A stretch of 64,000 nucleotides of DNA. It comes from Macrostomum lignano (taxonomy: Eukaryota). A program made the position numbers and the translations under genes. Shown here in pieces: positions 11,901 through 24,337 of this stretch. How positions within the stretch are numbered: the first letter of the stretch is position 1; each line of letters starts with the position of its first letter. Below the pieces are notes generated by a model. It was not told the origin of the DNA and did no database searches. It worked only from the letters and a program-made list of their open reading frames with translations. The DNA lies in NCBI GenBank assembly GCA_002269645.1, contig NIVC01000126.1, positions 959,629-1,023,628 on the forward strand, given 5' to 3'.

Positions 11901-12723
11901 TTAGTACTCTGATTAGACAGAGAGTAATCCTATGTACAAATCTCAACGGAACCACAGGTACCTGGTGCCCTATCTGATCCTGCCTCTCTACGTGATCGTC
12001 ACGGAGATCCTGCTGCTGAATCTCATCGTCGCCATGTTCAGCAAGACAATCGAGACCATCGACTCGCGCAGCAAAGGTCTCTGGCAGTTCGAACGCCACG
12101 ATCTAATTGAAGAATTCGAAACTCGGTCCAGCCTGCCGCCGCCCCTGAACGTGTTCGATCTAGTTAGAAAATTTTTTCTATTGCTCAAGAGCTACTGCCG
12201 CCGAGTGTGCCACAAGAACTGTCGGTGTCGCACCAGACACGCTGGTGGAGGCGGCGGCGGCGGCTCCTTCCGCCAGAAGCTGGTCACCCAGTTCCTGCTG
12301 TTCCAGGCGTTCGGCCTGCGCAAATGTCGCGAAGAGATGATGCGCCAGTGCCTGCCGAAGCAAGAGACCGAGACCGACGCTATGCTGGACAAAGTGCGAG
12401 ACATTGTCGAGGCCGAGGTCAACCGGTTGATCAGCGTCACGGGAATGTCGAGCGCTGAAGGCGATGGCAGCGAGGGTGCACAGAGCATCGCTGCGGACAC
12501 TCTGCTGGAGGCCACGCCTCCGCCGCCTCCGCCGCAGAGTCAGTCGAGCAGCAGACCTCCGTTGTTCCCTACTGGTACCAAATCGCTCGACTGTCTGGCA
12601 GACGATGGCGGCGTCGGTGGAGCTCCCGGCGGTGCCGGATCGGGCGTCGGTGGAGCTCCCGGCGGTGCCGGATCGGGCGTCGGTGGCAGACCGAGGGTTC
12701 GACTGCGAGAGCTGATCAAGTAG
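5912..12723 (+). CDS. Ankyrin-repeat TRPM-like cation channel, tandem copy 2 (1358 aa)
   Basis: Exons 5912-6641, 6834-9047, 10950-11316, 11958-12723 sum to 4077 nt (1359 codons), in frame with canonical GT/AG. About 6 ankyrin repeats (GMVPLHYA, DYPLHVAC, GNTPLHRAC, GKTALHIAV), MHR4-like region, six TM segments, TRP box. Confidence 0.92.
9110..9830. repeat. 46-bp minisatellite in TRP copy 2 intron 2
   Basis: Tandem TGTAGAATGTCTTTATAATGTCTCTAGAATGTCTCTATAGTATATC. Confidence 0.93.
10430..10860. repeat. 22-bp minisatellite in TRP copy 2 intron 2
   Basis: Tandem AAAGTATCTCAAATAGGTGCCT variants. Confidence 0.92.
11365..11850. repeat. ~47-bp purine-rich minisatellite in TRP copy 2 intron 3
   Basis: Tandem GGTCTGAGGGAGAGAGAGGAAGGGAATCCCCCAAGGTTTTGCCATG(G). 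Confidence 0.93.
12610..12686 (+). repeat. 33-bp in-frame coding repeat in TRP copy 2 C-terminus
   Basis: GGCGTCGGTGG starts at 12610, 12643 and 12676; encodes GVGGAPGGAGS twice plus a partial unit. Confidence 0.9.
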
Positions 12724-14244
12724 CCTATCGCCATGTACACAGTTAGTTGGTTTCTGCATGCTAATTAGTGGACGCTCTCAGTACCAAGTTGCTAACAAAG
12801 TTTCAACCTACATTTAGGTTAGAGTCGAGTTAAAGGATAGGCTCAATTTAGGGTTAGGTTCGGCACTTAATTGTCGTAGGCATCTTTTAAACTGTAGAGG
12901 AATTCAAACCCCCCTCTGTGGCTGGAAGTTTATTGCCCTAAATAACAAATATGCAAACAACTGCCCCTCATTCACTTAACCTCAAATTTTCTAATCTATC
13001 TCTTATCTTATCTCTCATTAGTAAATTCATAGTCTTCTAATTTCTGAACTGTTACTGCTATCTATTGAACCACATGGCTTGACTCACTTTACTGAAAAGG
13101 CTTGGTATTTGGTGAAGTTTGACCACAGACTAAAACACTTCGATCATAGACCATGGCCATAGACAAGTCTTTACTACTTAGTCTTGCAGTTAAGCTGAAA
13201 AAACCTGTAATGTACATTCGCAGTGGCGCTGGCTAGTGTACATTATGGCTGCATCAAAAGCAAGTTGTCTCTCTTCATAAAATATAGCTTACATATTCTT
13301 TCTCGCTACTGAACTGCAAGTAGAGAAACTGTCATACCAAGCCAATATGCGGAAATGGCCCAGACAACTTGGATTATTTATGACATTTTCCAATCGCCAA
13401 TATTGCCATACGTGTCCAAAGCTTGCCTGTGTGCCAATTCATAAAAATCATACTTTTCTCAAAAAATGAAAATGCATCTTGGCGATTGACTGCAGCTTTA
13501 AAGTCTCCTACATGTACTTATGAATAACTAAGAATGTACGCGATAGCAGAGAAGTTTGCTGGAAAGTACATGGCGATCATTCTATTCTAAGTTATATTGG
13601 TGCCCATTCCCAATCTGGGTCATACTGCAGATGCCCTCTCTGGGTCATACCGGCGCCTCCTTAAGACCCATCAAGCTATAATTGCATTAGTAATTACACA
13701 ATTCTGATTGCTCTATATTACCACCAGCAGTCTATAAGATATTAATATATCGCGCAAGATATGCAGCAATTTTTAACGTACACACAACTATGCATCTTTT
13801 GCATAGAAACTTTCTCAGTAAGCTGACATGTGACAAAGTATTTATGGCTTCAAAATAAATTAACCTCAATCTCTGCATCCGCAAACATTAAGAGATAGAA
13901 ATCATTGAGAGAAACATTTCAACACCAGAATGTGGCTGGAATTTTCACTTAACTTTTGATGCTGCAGCCACTGCATGTGCATGGAACTGCAATAACCGCT
14001 TGTATTTGTTGTCCTCCTGTGCATTCTTGGCTGTCGACTGTTGCTTTACGTTACTAAAGTACACTTGACGTGCTTAAATACACTGTACATGTGTTAATAA
14101 AACGATTATTTTCTCGACTACTTTTGGTCATCATCGCTAATTATTACGCTTTTTAAAGGATGAATCGTTTGTCTTGCTGTGTGGGTATTTTTGTCCTGTC
14201 TGGGGGCACTGCCGGTCTTGCTAGGGTGAAATTTCTAGTCGTAT

Positions 14245-15000
14245 GGGGGAATTTCATTCTTGCAATGGGGGAATCTCGGTCTTGGTTTGGGGAATTCGTC
14301 TTGCTGGGGGAATTTCAATCTGGTTGGGGGGAGTTTGTCTTGCTGGATGGGAGAATTCCAGTGTTGCTGGGGGAATCTGTCTTGCTGGATGGGGAATTCC
14401 AGTGTCGCTGGGGGAATTTAAATCTAGTTGGGGGGAATTTGCCTTGCTGGATGGGGGAATTCCAGTGTTGCTGGGGGAATCTGTCTTGCTGGATGGGAGA
14501 ATTCCAGTCTTGCTGGGGGAATTTCAATCTTGCTGGGCTGGGGGAGGGAATTTCAATCTTTCTGGGGAAATTTCAGTCTTGCGGGGAGAATTTCAAAGGG
14601 GCCGGAGCCCAGCGGTCTAGCGCGGTACTCCGATGTGCCAGCGGCCCAGGCTCGATTCCAAGTGCAGTTACATTAATTTGGGGCTGAATTCGAATCTCGG
14701 CTTGGCTCTGCTCGTGCAATTAACGGCCTTGAGAGCCAATCCCCCAAGGCGCAGTGAAGTGTACATGCCTAACGATAATATAAAGTTAGGGCCGCTGTAC
14801 ACTCCTGTGCGAGTGTGTGCCTGCGTACGTATCCGCGCGCTTGTATGCCTGCTCAGGGGAGTCGGCGGAATGGGCAGTAATGCTTCTCGCCGGTTGTGTG
14901 CCAATGTCGCTTAAAGTGCGCCAGAGTGCACACAACCCCCCCTGCCTATAATAAAAATGGAGGGGGGGAAGTTCAGTCTTGCTGGAGGGAATTTCAGCCA
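14245..15000. repeat. Degenerate ~20-bp G-rich minisatellite interrupted by a SINE
   Basis: CTGGGGGAATTTCAATCTTG-like units on both sides of 14598-14957. Confidence 0.85.
14598..14957 (+). mobile_element. tRNA-derived SINE, copy 1
   Basis: 5' GGGGCCGGAGCCCAGCGG (A-box-like), GGCTCGATTCC (B-box-like), unique body, 3' CCTGCCTATAATAAAAA; near-identical to 37470-37824 on the other strand. Confidence 0.85.
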
Positions 15001-15644
15001 TTTTTGAAGAAACTTCACCTCAGTCTTACTGCTGCATTTGATTAAAAATGGTGATTAGTTTTTGTCTGTCGCAAGCATTATCAACTGCCTAACTATGATA
15101 TAAATAATGTATATTTAATATAAAACAATAACAAATACGAAAAAAATGGTGTACTAATTTCTTACTCAATGAAGACAGAGCAGAGGAGAGAGATTCTGTA
15201 ACCTGATTGGTATATGCAGAGAATTATAAAATAAAAACTAAGCAGCTGAAATAGTAAGGATTGTCAATAATGCTATATAATGTAGAATACTATATAAGAA
15301 TTAATATTGATATTCATGCTCTCCAGGCAGTTCAGTTCTGACAATGCAGTCTGCAGTGTGAAAGACTGTATAGATAAATTTATCTTTTACACACAGAACC
15401 ATAAGCACCTTGTAGTTAACTTGCTTGAGTACAATAATCAGTTATTGCTATAAAATTATGATAATTATCAATTCTTAACTTGCCTGATTAAAATTGCAGC
15501 GAACGAGAATAAGACAAAAAAATCAAGGCCTCTGTGATACAAATCTATTATACAGTAGTTGTGGGGAAGCAGTTATCTGTAATTTGGTCGTAATACTAAT
15601 CGAGCAATCAGATAGTGGGCTGATGGCAGTGGCGCATACATACT

Positions 15645-16345
15645 AGTGGGCGAGTGTACATTGGGGTAAGGAGTTATTGGCAGCGAGTGTACATTGGGGT
15701 AAGGAGTTATTGGCAGCGAGTGCACATTGGGGTAAGGAGTTATCGGCAGCGAATGTACATTGGGGTAAGGAGTTATTGGCAGCGAGTGCACATTGGGGTA
15801 AGGAGTTATCGGCAGCGAATGTACATTGGGGTAAGGAGTTATTGGCAGCGAGTGTACATTGGGGTAAGGAGTTATTGGCAGCGAGTGTACATTGGGGTAA
15901 GGAGTTATCGGCAGCGAATGTACAGTGGGGTAAGTTGTCAAAAGAGTGTAGATTGGGGGGTAAGGAGTTATCGGCAGCGAATGTACATTGGGGTAAGGAG
16001 TTATTGGCAGCGAGTGTACATTGGGGTAAGGAGTTATTGGCAGCGAGTGTACATTGGGGTAAGGAGTTATCGGCAGCGAATGTACAGTGGGGTAAGTTGT
16101 CAAAAGAGTGTAGATTGGGGGGTAAGGAGTTATCGGCAGCGAGTGTACATTGGGGGTAAGGAATTATCAGCAGCGAGTGTACATTGGGGGTAAGGAATTA
16201 TCGGCGGTGAAATGTACATTGCGGTAAGGAGTTATCAGTAGCGAGTAGCGAGTGTACATTGGAATAAGGGTTGTCGGGAGCGATCCTGTACATTGGAGGG
16301 ATCGGGGGAGTGCACATTGGGGGAGAGAGATCGGGGGAGTGTACC
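15645..16345. repeat. 33-bp minisatellite downstream of ENT
   Basis: Tandem GCAGCGAGTGTACATTGGGGTAAGGAGTTATTG. Confidence 0.95.
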
Positions 16346-16463
16346 TCAGAGGTAAAGGAGTGTGTACATTTGTGATATAAAAGTAGTGCAACATTAAACA
16401 TTAAAATATAGCTAAAAATGAGCAATAGAATAAAAGTGCTACAAATAATAGTAAAGACAACAT

Positions 16464-18972
16464 TCACCTGGTGCCGGCAGTAAACAGAAACGACAGCGCC
16501 GACCCGGTGGAGGAGCCAACCACAGCGCACATGCTCATCACAGCGCCATGCGACTCGGCTAAGTGAGTTGGCGCCTGCTCCGAGGCGCGCATAAAACACA
16601 GAGTAAACAAATAACCGTTGCTAAGGCCGAACGCTGACACTAGCAACGGCGGCGTCCAGTCCCAAGCGAAATAGACTGGCATTAATCTGCGCTGTTCCCC
16701 ACCAAGCGAATAGTTGCACATCAGGAATAGCGGCACAAACAGTAGCCGCAGCAGAGCCAGCGTGATTAATGAGAAATTTGCGCGCCCACAGGCGCCCGGA
16801 GTTGGCGCCGCGGCGGTGAGGAACCGGCCAAACAGGTCGAAAGTGTTGTAAACTAGGAAGCAGCAAAGTGGCGAGTACAGCAGCCACGGTTCGGCCATGG
16901 GACTCAGCGAGCTGAGCAGGGCCGGGTAGAGGGTCAGAGTGATAGTCAGCACGGCGAAGGCGCCACCGCCAGGTCCGATCAGGTGGCGCCAGGCGGGCCG
17001 GTTGGACAGTCGGCGCCGATTGGGCGCCTCATGGAGCGTCGGCGACGGTGTCGGCGTCGGCGTTGGTATCGTCAAAGAATCAGTCAGGTCGGCGCCTGGT
17101 GATTGGAGAATTGAATTTTTAGCACAGGTATGATTCATGGTACAAAGATCACAGAGGATTTCGGATTTCTAACTGGGTATTTGGGATTTTTAACTTGGGA
17201 CTCTGGACTTCCAGCTAAGGATTTGGGATTTTTATCTGGGGATTTGGGATTTTAATTGGGGATTTGGGATTTTTGATTGGGGATTTGGGATTTTTAACTA
17301 GGGGATCTGGATTTTCAACTAGTGGATTTGGGATTTCTAACTGGGGATTTGGGATTTCTAACTGGTGATTTGGGATTTTTAACTGGGGATTTGGGATTTT
17401 TAACTGGGGATTTGGGATTTCTAACTGGTGATTTGGGATTTCAAACTGGGGATTTGGGATTTCTAACTGGAGGATTTGGGATTTTTAACTGGAGGATTTG
17501 GGATTTTTAACTGGAGGATTTGGGATTTTTAACTAGAAGATCTGGGATTTTTAACTGGGGATTTGGAATTTTCAACTAGAAGATTGACGCTAAAGAGATA
17601 CTAGCTGACTTGAAACTCACCCCTGGCTCTGCACAGCCTATCCCGCACAAAAGACAGCCGCCGCAGCAGTAGATAAGCTGCCAGACACATCAGCAACACG
17701 ACAGTTGCCGATAGGAAGTAGAGAAAAGCGGCAGATCGAGGGTGGCTGCCAATCTCTAAGCTGATAATATAGGCCACAGCGGCTATCACCCCGCCGCTGG
17801 CTTGGCCCAGAGTCACCGCGTTGATGTAGCGCTTGGGGAACATGGCGGCTAAGCCGAATAAGGAGCCTTGCATCACTGCACCGCTGCCGCTCATCAGAGC
17901 CACCGAGGCCAGGGTGGCCCAGAAAAACTCGGACTGGTCTGCGGGCAAGGAGGGTAAAGAGGGTGAGAAGATAGGGTAAGGTGGATAAGAAAGTTAAGGG
18001 GGTAAGGGGTGGAGGAATGTAATGGAGGAAGCTAAGAAAAAGAGAATAGGGTAACTGCAAGAGAAGGGTAATGGAGGGAGAGGAGGGTGAGAGAGGGTAA
18101 AGGGGTGAGAGAGGGTAAAGGGGTGAGAGAGGGTAAAGGGGTGAGAGAGGGTAAGTGGAGTGAGAAAGGGTAAGGAGGGTGAGAGAGGGTAAGGAGGGTA
18201 ATTGAGAAAGAAGGGTAATGGAGGGAGAGGGTAAGGATCAGAGTGAGAGAGGGTAAGGAGGGTGAGAGAGGGTAAGGAGGGTGAGAGAGGGTAAGGAGGG
18301 TGAGAGAGGGTAAGGAGGGTGAGAGAGGGTAAGGAGGGTAAAGAGGGTAAGAGAGGGTAAGTCAGGGTGGAGAAGAGGCTCCACAGACTCGATAAAATGC
18401 ATACAGTGTACATCTTATCAAGACTCAAGTGTCAGAGAGTTCACAAGTGTGCAGTGAGCAGCAGACAATCCCCTTCCCTGTCCCAGCAGCTCACGCCAGT
18501 CGGTATCCACCAGTACAAAGGCAGCAGAGCAGGCGAACATGGCGGACATGAGGCTCAGAGAGACAACCATCCGGCCAGCAATGGTGACCCGGCCAGCAGC
18601 TGCCGCATTGGCCAACACGCAGAGAACTCCTGGCAGATTGCTGAACACAGCCAAATAGCTTTCAAAAGTGTCCCGCATCCAGGGCTGATCCGGCCAGCCA
18701 GTGATATTGCTGACATTTCTCAGTTTATACTCGAAGTAACTTCTAGCCGTGGTGAAGAAATTCCAAGGCAACAGGCTGCCAACGCCCAGCAGGGTGAACA
18801 ACAGTAGCGAGATGTAGAATTTATCAGCTGGCAACAATTCTGCCGATGCCTGCTGCTGACTGGCTGCTGCTGGCGGTAGCAGAGGCTCCTGGTCGTTGCT
18901 TAATGCCGGATGATGCTCATTTGGCTGCTGTGACGGCTGCTCCTCTCCATGTATGGTGCGCAACGTGTGCAT
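16464..18972 (-). CDS. Equilibrative nucleoside transporter (SLC29/ENT family), 475 aa
   Basis: Exons 18972-18495, 17938-17621, 17095-16464 sum to 1428 nt in frame. Motifs LLGVGSLLPWNFF, QGSLFGLA, GQASGG, YNTFDLFGR, LLRLLFVPLFLMCN, SNGYL. Confidence 0.95.
17165..17580. repeat. 21-bp G-rich minisatellite in ENT intron 2
   Basis: Tandem GGGGATTTGGGATTTTTAACT. Confidence 0.95.
17945..18365. repeat. 19-bp purine-rich minisatellite in ENT intron 1
   Basis: Tandem GAGAGAGGGTAAGGAGGGT, running up to the acceptor at 17939-17940. Confidence 0.9.
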
Positions 18973-20264
18973 AGCTTTGTGTATGTGTGGTTACAGCTCT
19001 CTCCCTATCTGATAGAGCTTATAAAATGTGCAGGTGTATATACAGATATACACACCTGAAACCGGACACAAGCAGTTCTTGTATGCGTAGAGACAAAATT
19101 AGCAACAGTCGGTTGCTAAAACTAGATACTTTTTACTAAAAATAACTAAATAAAAAAACTGAAGACAATTCTGTTTTTGTAAGTTAGCTTTTTATTAAAT
19201 AAAAGCCGGAAAAAGTCACACAATAAGCATGCATTCGCGTTAGTATTAAGTAGTATATATAGTTGTTGTTTAATCAAAACTTGATTTAATTATTATTAGT
19301 TCACGTCAAACAGCAATGCATGCCAGAGAACAAACGAAGGATTTGGGTAACAAATAAAAACCGGAAGCTTTTTTCAAAGCTTCGTTGTAAAAAAGGTATA
19401 TATTTCGAGCTACTATACTAAAAGTAGGCAATCGCAGCAAATTAGAAGTAAAATTTGATATGAATCGAAAAAATCAAAATCTGTTTTTAAAAAACACAAT
19501 TAGAACAATTTTTATAAAACAGTAAAAAAAGCAAATTTAATTAAGCGATCAAGGGAAGATTTCGTCGAACTGTAGCAGTGATTGAGGCTGATAAAAACTG
19601 TGTAAAAAGGTGTAGTAGGTAAAAAATTGTAACTTTGTAAGAAACGGAGTCGAGACAGAAACTGTCAAACGAACAAGTCAGAACTAATGTACATCCGATA
19701 TACTTGAAGTTGAATGTACATTAAATGTACGTTAGAATTGGATGTACATCTAATATACTGCAGGATGGCTGTTTATATGTACACTAAAGATATATTAGTG
19801 TAGATGTGCATTAGTTCAGCAAGATCTTTGACAAGACAATCAACCTGTTCGTGCGCAAAACTCCGAATAACTCGGTATTTAAATTGATAAAAAACGCTTT
19901 TCAACTACTATGAGAAGACGCACAAAGCAAAAGTGGGTTTTTTGATAAAAAAGTCGAACGGTGCTGCGATAAATAAAGGCAGGCCTTTTGACTAGCATTG
20001 TAAAATGAAAAAACCAGACATACTACTAGTAGCAATTAGGCCAAATTGATAAAAATTCGATCTACGGGTTAAAAAAATGCCATGCAAATATAGGTCGGGT
20101 TGATCTATTAAACTACTGCAATAAATATAAGGCATGCATTCTAGACAATTGTGGTCAATGTGCTGTCTATACTACTTAGCTACTTATGAGAATGAGTAGC
20201 AAGTAAAGAAATTAGCCAAGTAAAGAAATTAGCAAGTTTTTGTGCTAGAAAAGAGGGAAAGAGG

Positions 20265-20480
20265 GATCGGGGGAGTGTACATTAAGGGTGAGGGATTGGG
20301 GAGTGTACATTGGGGGAGAGGGATAGAGGGAGTGTACATTGGGGGAAGGAATAGAGGGAGTGTACATTGAGAGAAAGGGGTCAGGGGTGTACATTGGGGG
20401 AGAGGAATCGGGGTTGTACATTAAGGGTGAGGGATCGGGGTGTACATTAAGGGTAAGGGATAGGGGGAGTGTACACTTGA
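20265..20480. repeat. G-rich minisatellite downstream of PLOD, related to 15645-16345
   Basis: GGGAGTGTACATTGGGGGAGAGGGAT-like units sharing the GTGTACATTGGGG core. Confidence 0.8.
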
Positions 20481-20554
20481 AAGAGAGAGATTAGAAGAGC
20501 AAGTTAATTTTGACCAAATTATCTAGCTGACAAAAACAGCAAAAACCAGTCTCA

Positions 20555-23500
20555 TCACGGATTAACAAAGGTGACAAAGATGTAACGAACACCTTTAGTG
20601 ACTTCCAGGCCCTCGTGCAGGTGAGTGATCCTACCGGGATGGACAAACGCCCAGCCTAGTCGCGGAGCGATCACGGAGCAGTTGTAGCGAGTAAATCTGC
20701 AGCCTCCGCCTTCGAAGTCCACGCCAACCTGATTGAGAGCCAGATTGACAGTGTAGTCTGAGGCGTCATGATGCGGCCGGAGCTCCTTCTGCTCCTCGGG
20801 GTGATAGCGAACAACGAAGTTCATTCGAGCCCAAGGCTTGTCGCTGTAGCCTTGGAATAGTTTTAGCTGGATTGGGTGCATGTACTTTACTAGAAAGTGC
20901 AGCCAGTGCGCCTCCCAGCCAACTTGGCGCATGTGAATGTCGCGAGTTGGCACATTCTCGTAGCCGCCTTCTAGCCGGGGATCCGTGTTTGTGCCGTCTG
21001 ACCATCTGCAAATTGCACTACTGCTGTTAGTAGAAATATAAGCAGAATAACAGTTGCTTTCCCAGAATTTAAAATCCTTAAATACTAGCAGCTCTTATCC
21101 CCAAATTTACAAGTCCTCAGTTCCTATTCTCAATCATAAAAATCCCCAATTCTCCCAGTTCCTATCCTTAATCATAAAAATCCCCAATTCTCCCAGTTCC
21201 TATCCTCAATCATAAAAATCCCCAATTCTCCCAGTTCCTATCCTCAATCATAAAAATCCCCAATTCTCCCAGCTCCTATCCTTAATCATCAAAATCCCTA
21301 ATTATCCCAATTCCTATCCCCAATCATAAAAACCCCAATTCTCCTAGTTCCTATCCCCAATCATCAAAATCCCTAATTATCCCAATTCCTATCACCAATA
21401 ATGAATTCCCCAATTTTCCCAGCTCCTATCCCCAATCATAAAAATCCCCAATTATCCCAATTTCTATCCCCGGTCGTAAAAATCCAATACTCACCTTCCG
21501 AACGACTCCATAACGGCAACCAGATCGTGGCAAAACGAAGGCGTAACCAATGGCAACCAAAACACATCCGGGCAGGGCTGCTCAAAATCCCCCAGCTGAG
21601 CATCGTCGGAGGCGAATCGCCAATAATCCGGATGCATGTACTTGTGCTCCCAATCCACCGGATTAGCCCAAATCTCCCACAGATCATTGCTAGCGTGCAA
21701 CCTAGTGGTATTGGAGTTGTCAGTCAGGTGACCGAATGGCAGTGTGTTTAGCACGTGCATAAACACATTTTTCGATCTAGCAATTGAAGCGAAATCTATG
21801 TCGTAGTCGATTCCACTAGCGGCTAATCGTTTGGGATCGAATGCGCCAGCTTTGAGTAGGATTTGAGCAGCTCGCCTATTGATTAGGTAGGCCGCCGATA
21901 CGTAAGGCACGTTCCACAGGCCGCGGCGCGCATCGCTGACAATGTCTAAGTAGTCGTCTGATCTGTAAGGGTGCGGCACTTGCTTAACTTGAGTTGCCGC
22001 TATCTGCCCCAATCCTACAAAGACTACAGCCGCTATCTGCCCCAATCCTCCAAAGGCTACAGCCACTATCTGCCCCAATTCTCCAAGGCTACAGCCGCTA
22101 CCTGCCCTCTCACCTGGCATAATATCCGTCGGCATTCAGAGCGCCCCAGAAGTTGGACCACAATTTACCGGGCAGCACTAGCAGTGGCGCAACAATAGAC
22201 CGATTGACGGCCACCAGCTGAGTCAGAGCATCTCGTCCAGTTAGCTGAGCAATCGGCTCAACAAAGAAGATAAAATCTGAATCGTACTCATTAACTAACA
22301 GCATCTGTCTGGCGGAGACCGGCGAGAAAGCTAAATTATCCGAAGCATTATTCAGCACAATACTGGCATACTCGTGCACAGGATTGTCAATGAAATCTCT
22401 AACGGCTAAATGAACATTTCTAGCCGAGGCCCCCGGTCCCAGATCGATACGAAGATGAATTCGCTGCTTTGGATAAGTCTGCTCGGCTAATCTAGCCAAT
22501 AGCAGGTTGGGAAACGGCGCCGGATCGGTTAGCAACACGCCGACAGTCAGGTAGGGCAGTTCTGATTGGCGCTGCAACAGTTGAGCCACAGTTGGCGGCG
22601 GCATTGGCGGGCAGTGCTGACAGCCCAGACTGTCTGACCAGCCTCTGCCCAGATAGTTTGTTAATCGCCAAAATTCTGCTTTAATTGGTCCATTGCCGTG
22701 CAGTAGGGCGGGAGAACTACCCGTGACAGTGTTGCGCAGATAGCCTAAGCCGCTGTCGTCCCAGCGTAGCGACACCTCGGACAGGGCTCCGTTGAGCGTC
22801 TGGAATACTGAGCAGTCGTAGTCTAAGGCCATGCGATGCCGCTGACGCAAGTCCGGGTTGAGGAAGGCACGAGTCAGGAACAGCTGGTCATCGTCTGAGT
22901 CGGTGATTGGGGCATAGTTGAGCAGGCGCCTGCATTGGAACAGGTGGATGAGTGCATAGTGTGCAGGCCTTGACGCACTTTACGAGCCCTTGACCATAAA
23001 CCATGACACTCGCACAATAATATATGCATGACCTTGCAAACACCGACTAACCCTAGACCTACTCACAACCCTAGACCTACTCACAACCCTAGACCTACTC
23101 ACAACCCTAGACCTACTCTACTCACAACCCTAGACCTACTCACAACCCTGGACCTACTCACAACCCTAGACCTACTCACAACCCTAGATCTACTCACAAC
23201 CCTAGACCTACTCACAACCCTAGACCTACTCACAACCCTAGACCTACTCTACTCACAACCCTAGACCTACTCACAACCCTGGACCTACTCACAACCCTAG
23301 ACCTACTCACAACCCTAGACCTACTCACAACCCTAGACCTACTCACAACCCTAGATCTACTCACAACCCTAGACCTACTCACAGTCACAACCCTAGACCT
23401 AATAAACCAAAACACCAGACCTAATAAACCAAAACACCAGACCTAATAAACCACAACCTTAGACCTAATAAACCACAACACCAGACCTAATAAACCAAAA

Positions 23501-24337
23501 AACTAGACCTAATAAACCACAACACCAGACCTAATAACCCACAACCTTAGACCTAATAAACCACAATCTTAGACCAAATAATCCACAACCCTATAGACCT
23601 AATAAGCCACAACCTTATAGACCCTAATAACTCACAACCCTATAGACCTAATAACCCACAACCATATAGACCTAATAATCCACAACCCTATAGACCTAAT
23701 AACCCACAACCCTAGACTCAAAGAGCCACATTATGTGTCTTTAAAAGTAAGAATCTCAGTGCCATTTGACATCTTGTGTCGAAGTTTAGACCCACACATC
23801 CTTCAAGACTCAAATCAAGTCTCACCTGAGCTCCCCAGCCTTGCCCATATACCCGCCAGAATTTAAATAGGCTGTCTTCCGGCCAGCGGGAGGTTTGGGA
23901 TACTTGTCGGCCAGGCTCTGGTCGGGCCAGCAGAACCGTTCGGCAGAGATTAGTACTCCGGCTCCGCTAGCCTCGAATGCACTTCGAATAGCCGCCTGGC
24001 CAGCTAGAAACACAGCGTCGTAGGCGTCGCTAAACAGCACCAGTTGATCGTCTGGCACGTCAGCCAGCGCCCGGCGCATTAGCAGAATCTTCTGACCGCC
24101 GCCGGCGCCGCGAGACACGTCGCCGCCGAGCCAATCGGAGCCGAGACCCAACGGCTCCGGAGTTGGCAAGCCGCGCAGCTTAGCCGAGGCCAGAAACGCG
24201 GCCAGAGCGTCATTGGTCTCCGTGGCAACCGTTAGAATACGGAGTTGAGAATTGGCTCCAGATACTTTCTCGTAGTAAACGGAGCTGATGCAAGCAATCA
24301 ATAATAGTGACAGTGTGAGATGCATAGCAACTGGCAT
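20555..24337 (-). CDS. PLOD: Procollagen lysyl hydroxylase/glycosyltransferase, 748 aa
   Basis: Exons 24337-23826, 22929-22114, 21962-21495, 21005-20555 sum to 2247 nt in frame. Signal peptide, [52 protein letters not shown] and HLHEG Fe(II)-binding motifs. Confidence 0.97.
21095..21480. repeat. 38-bp minisatellite in PLOD intron 3
   Basis: Tandem CCTATCCTCAATCATAAAAATCCCCAATTCTCCCAGTT. Confidence 0.92.
22000..22105. repeat. 33-bp repeat (about 3 copies) filling most of the 151-bp PLOD intron 2
   Basis: GCTATCTGCCCCAATCCTCCAAAGGCTACAGCC variants. Confidence 0.88.
23045..23715. repeat. 18-bp array grading into a ~21-bp array in PLOD intron 1
   Basis: ACAACCCTAGACCTACTC units, then AGACCTAATAAACCACAACCT-like units. 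Confidence 0.93.

Noticed and set aside
14598-14670. Functional tRNA gene at the SINE head
   Set aside because: A and B boxes are present but there is no closing acceptor stem or T-run terminator; the sequence continues into the repeat body.
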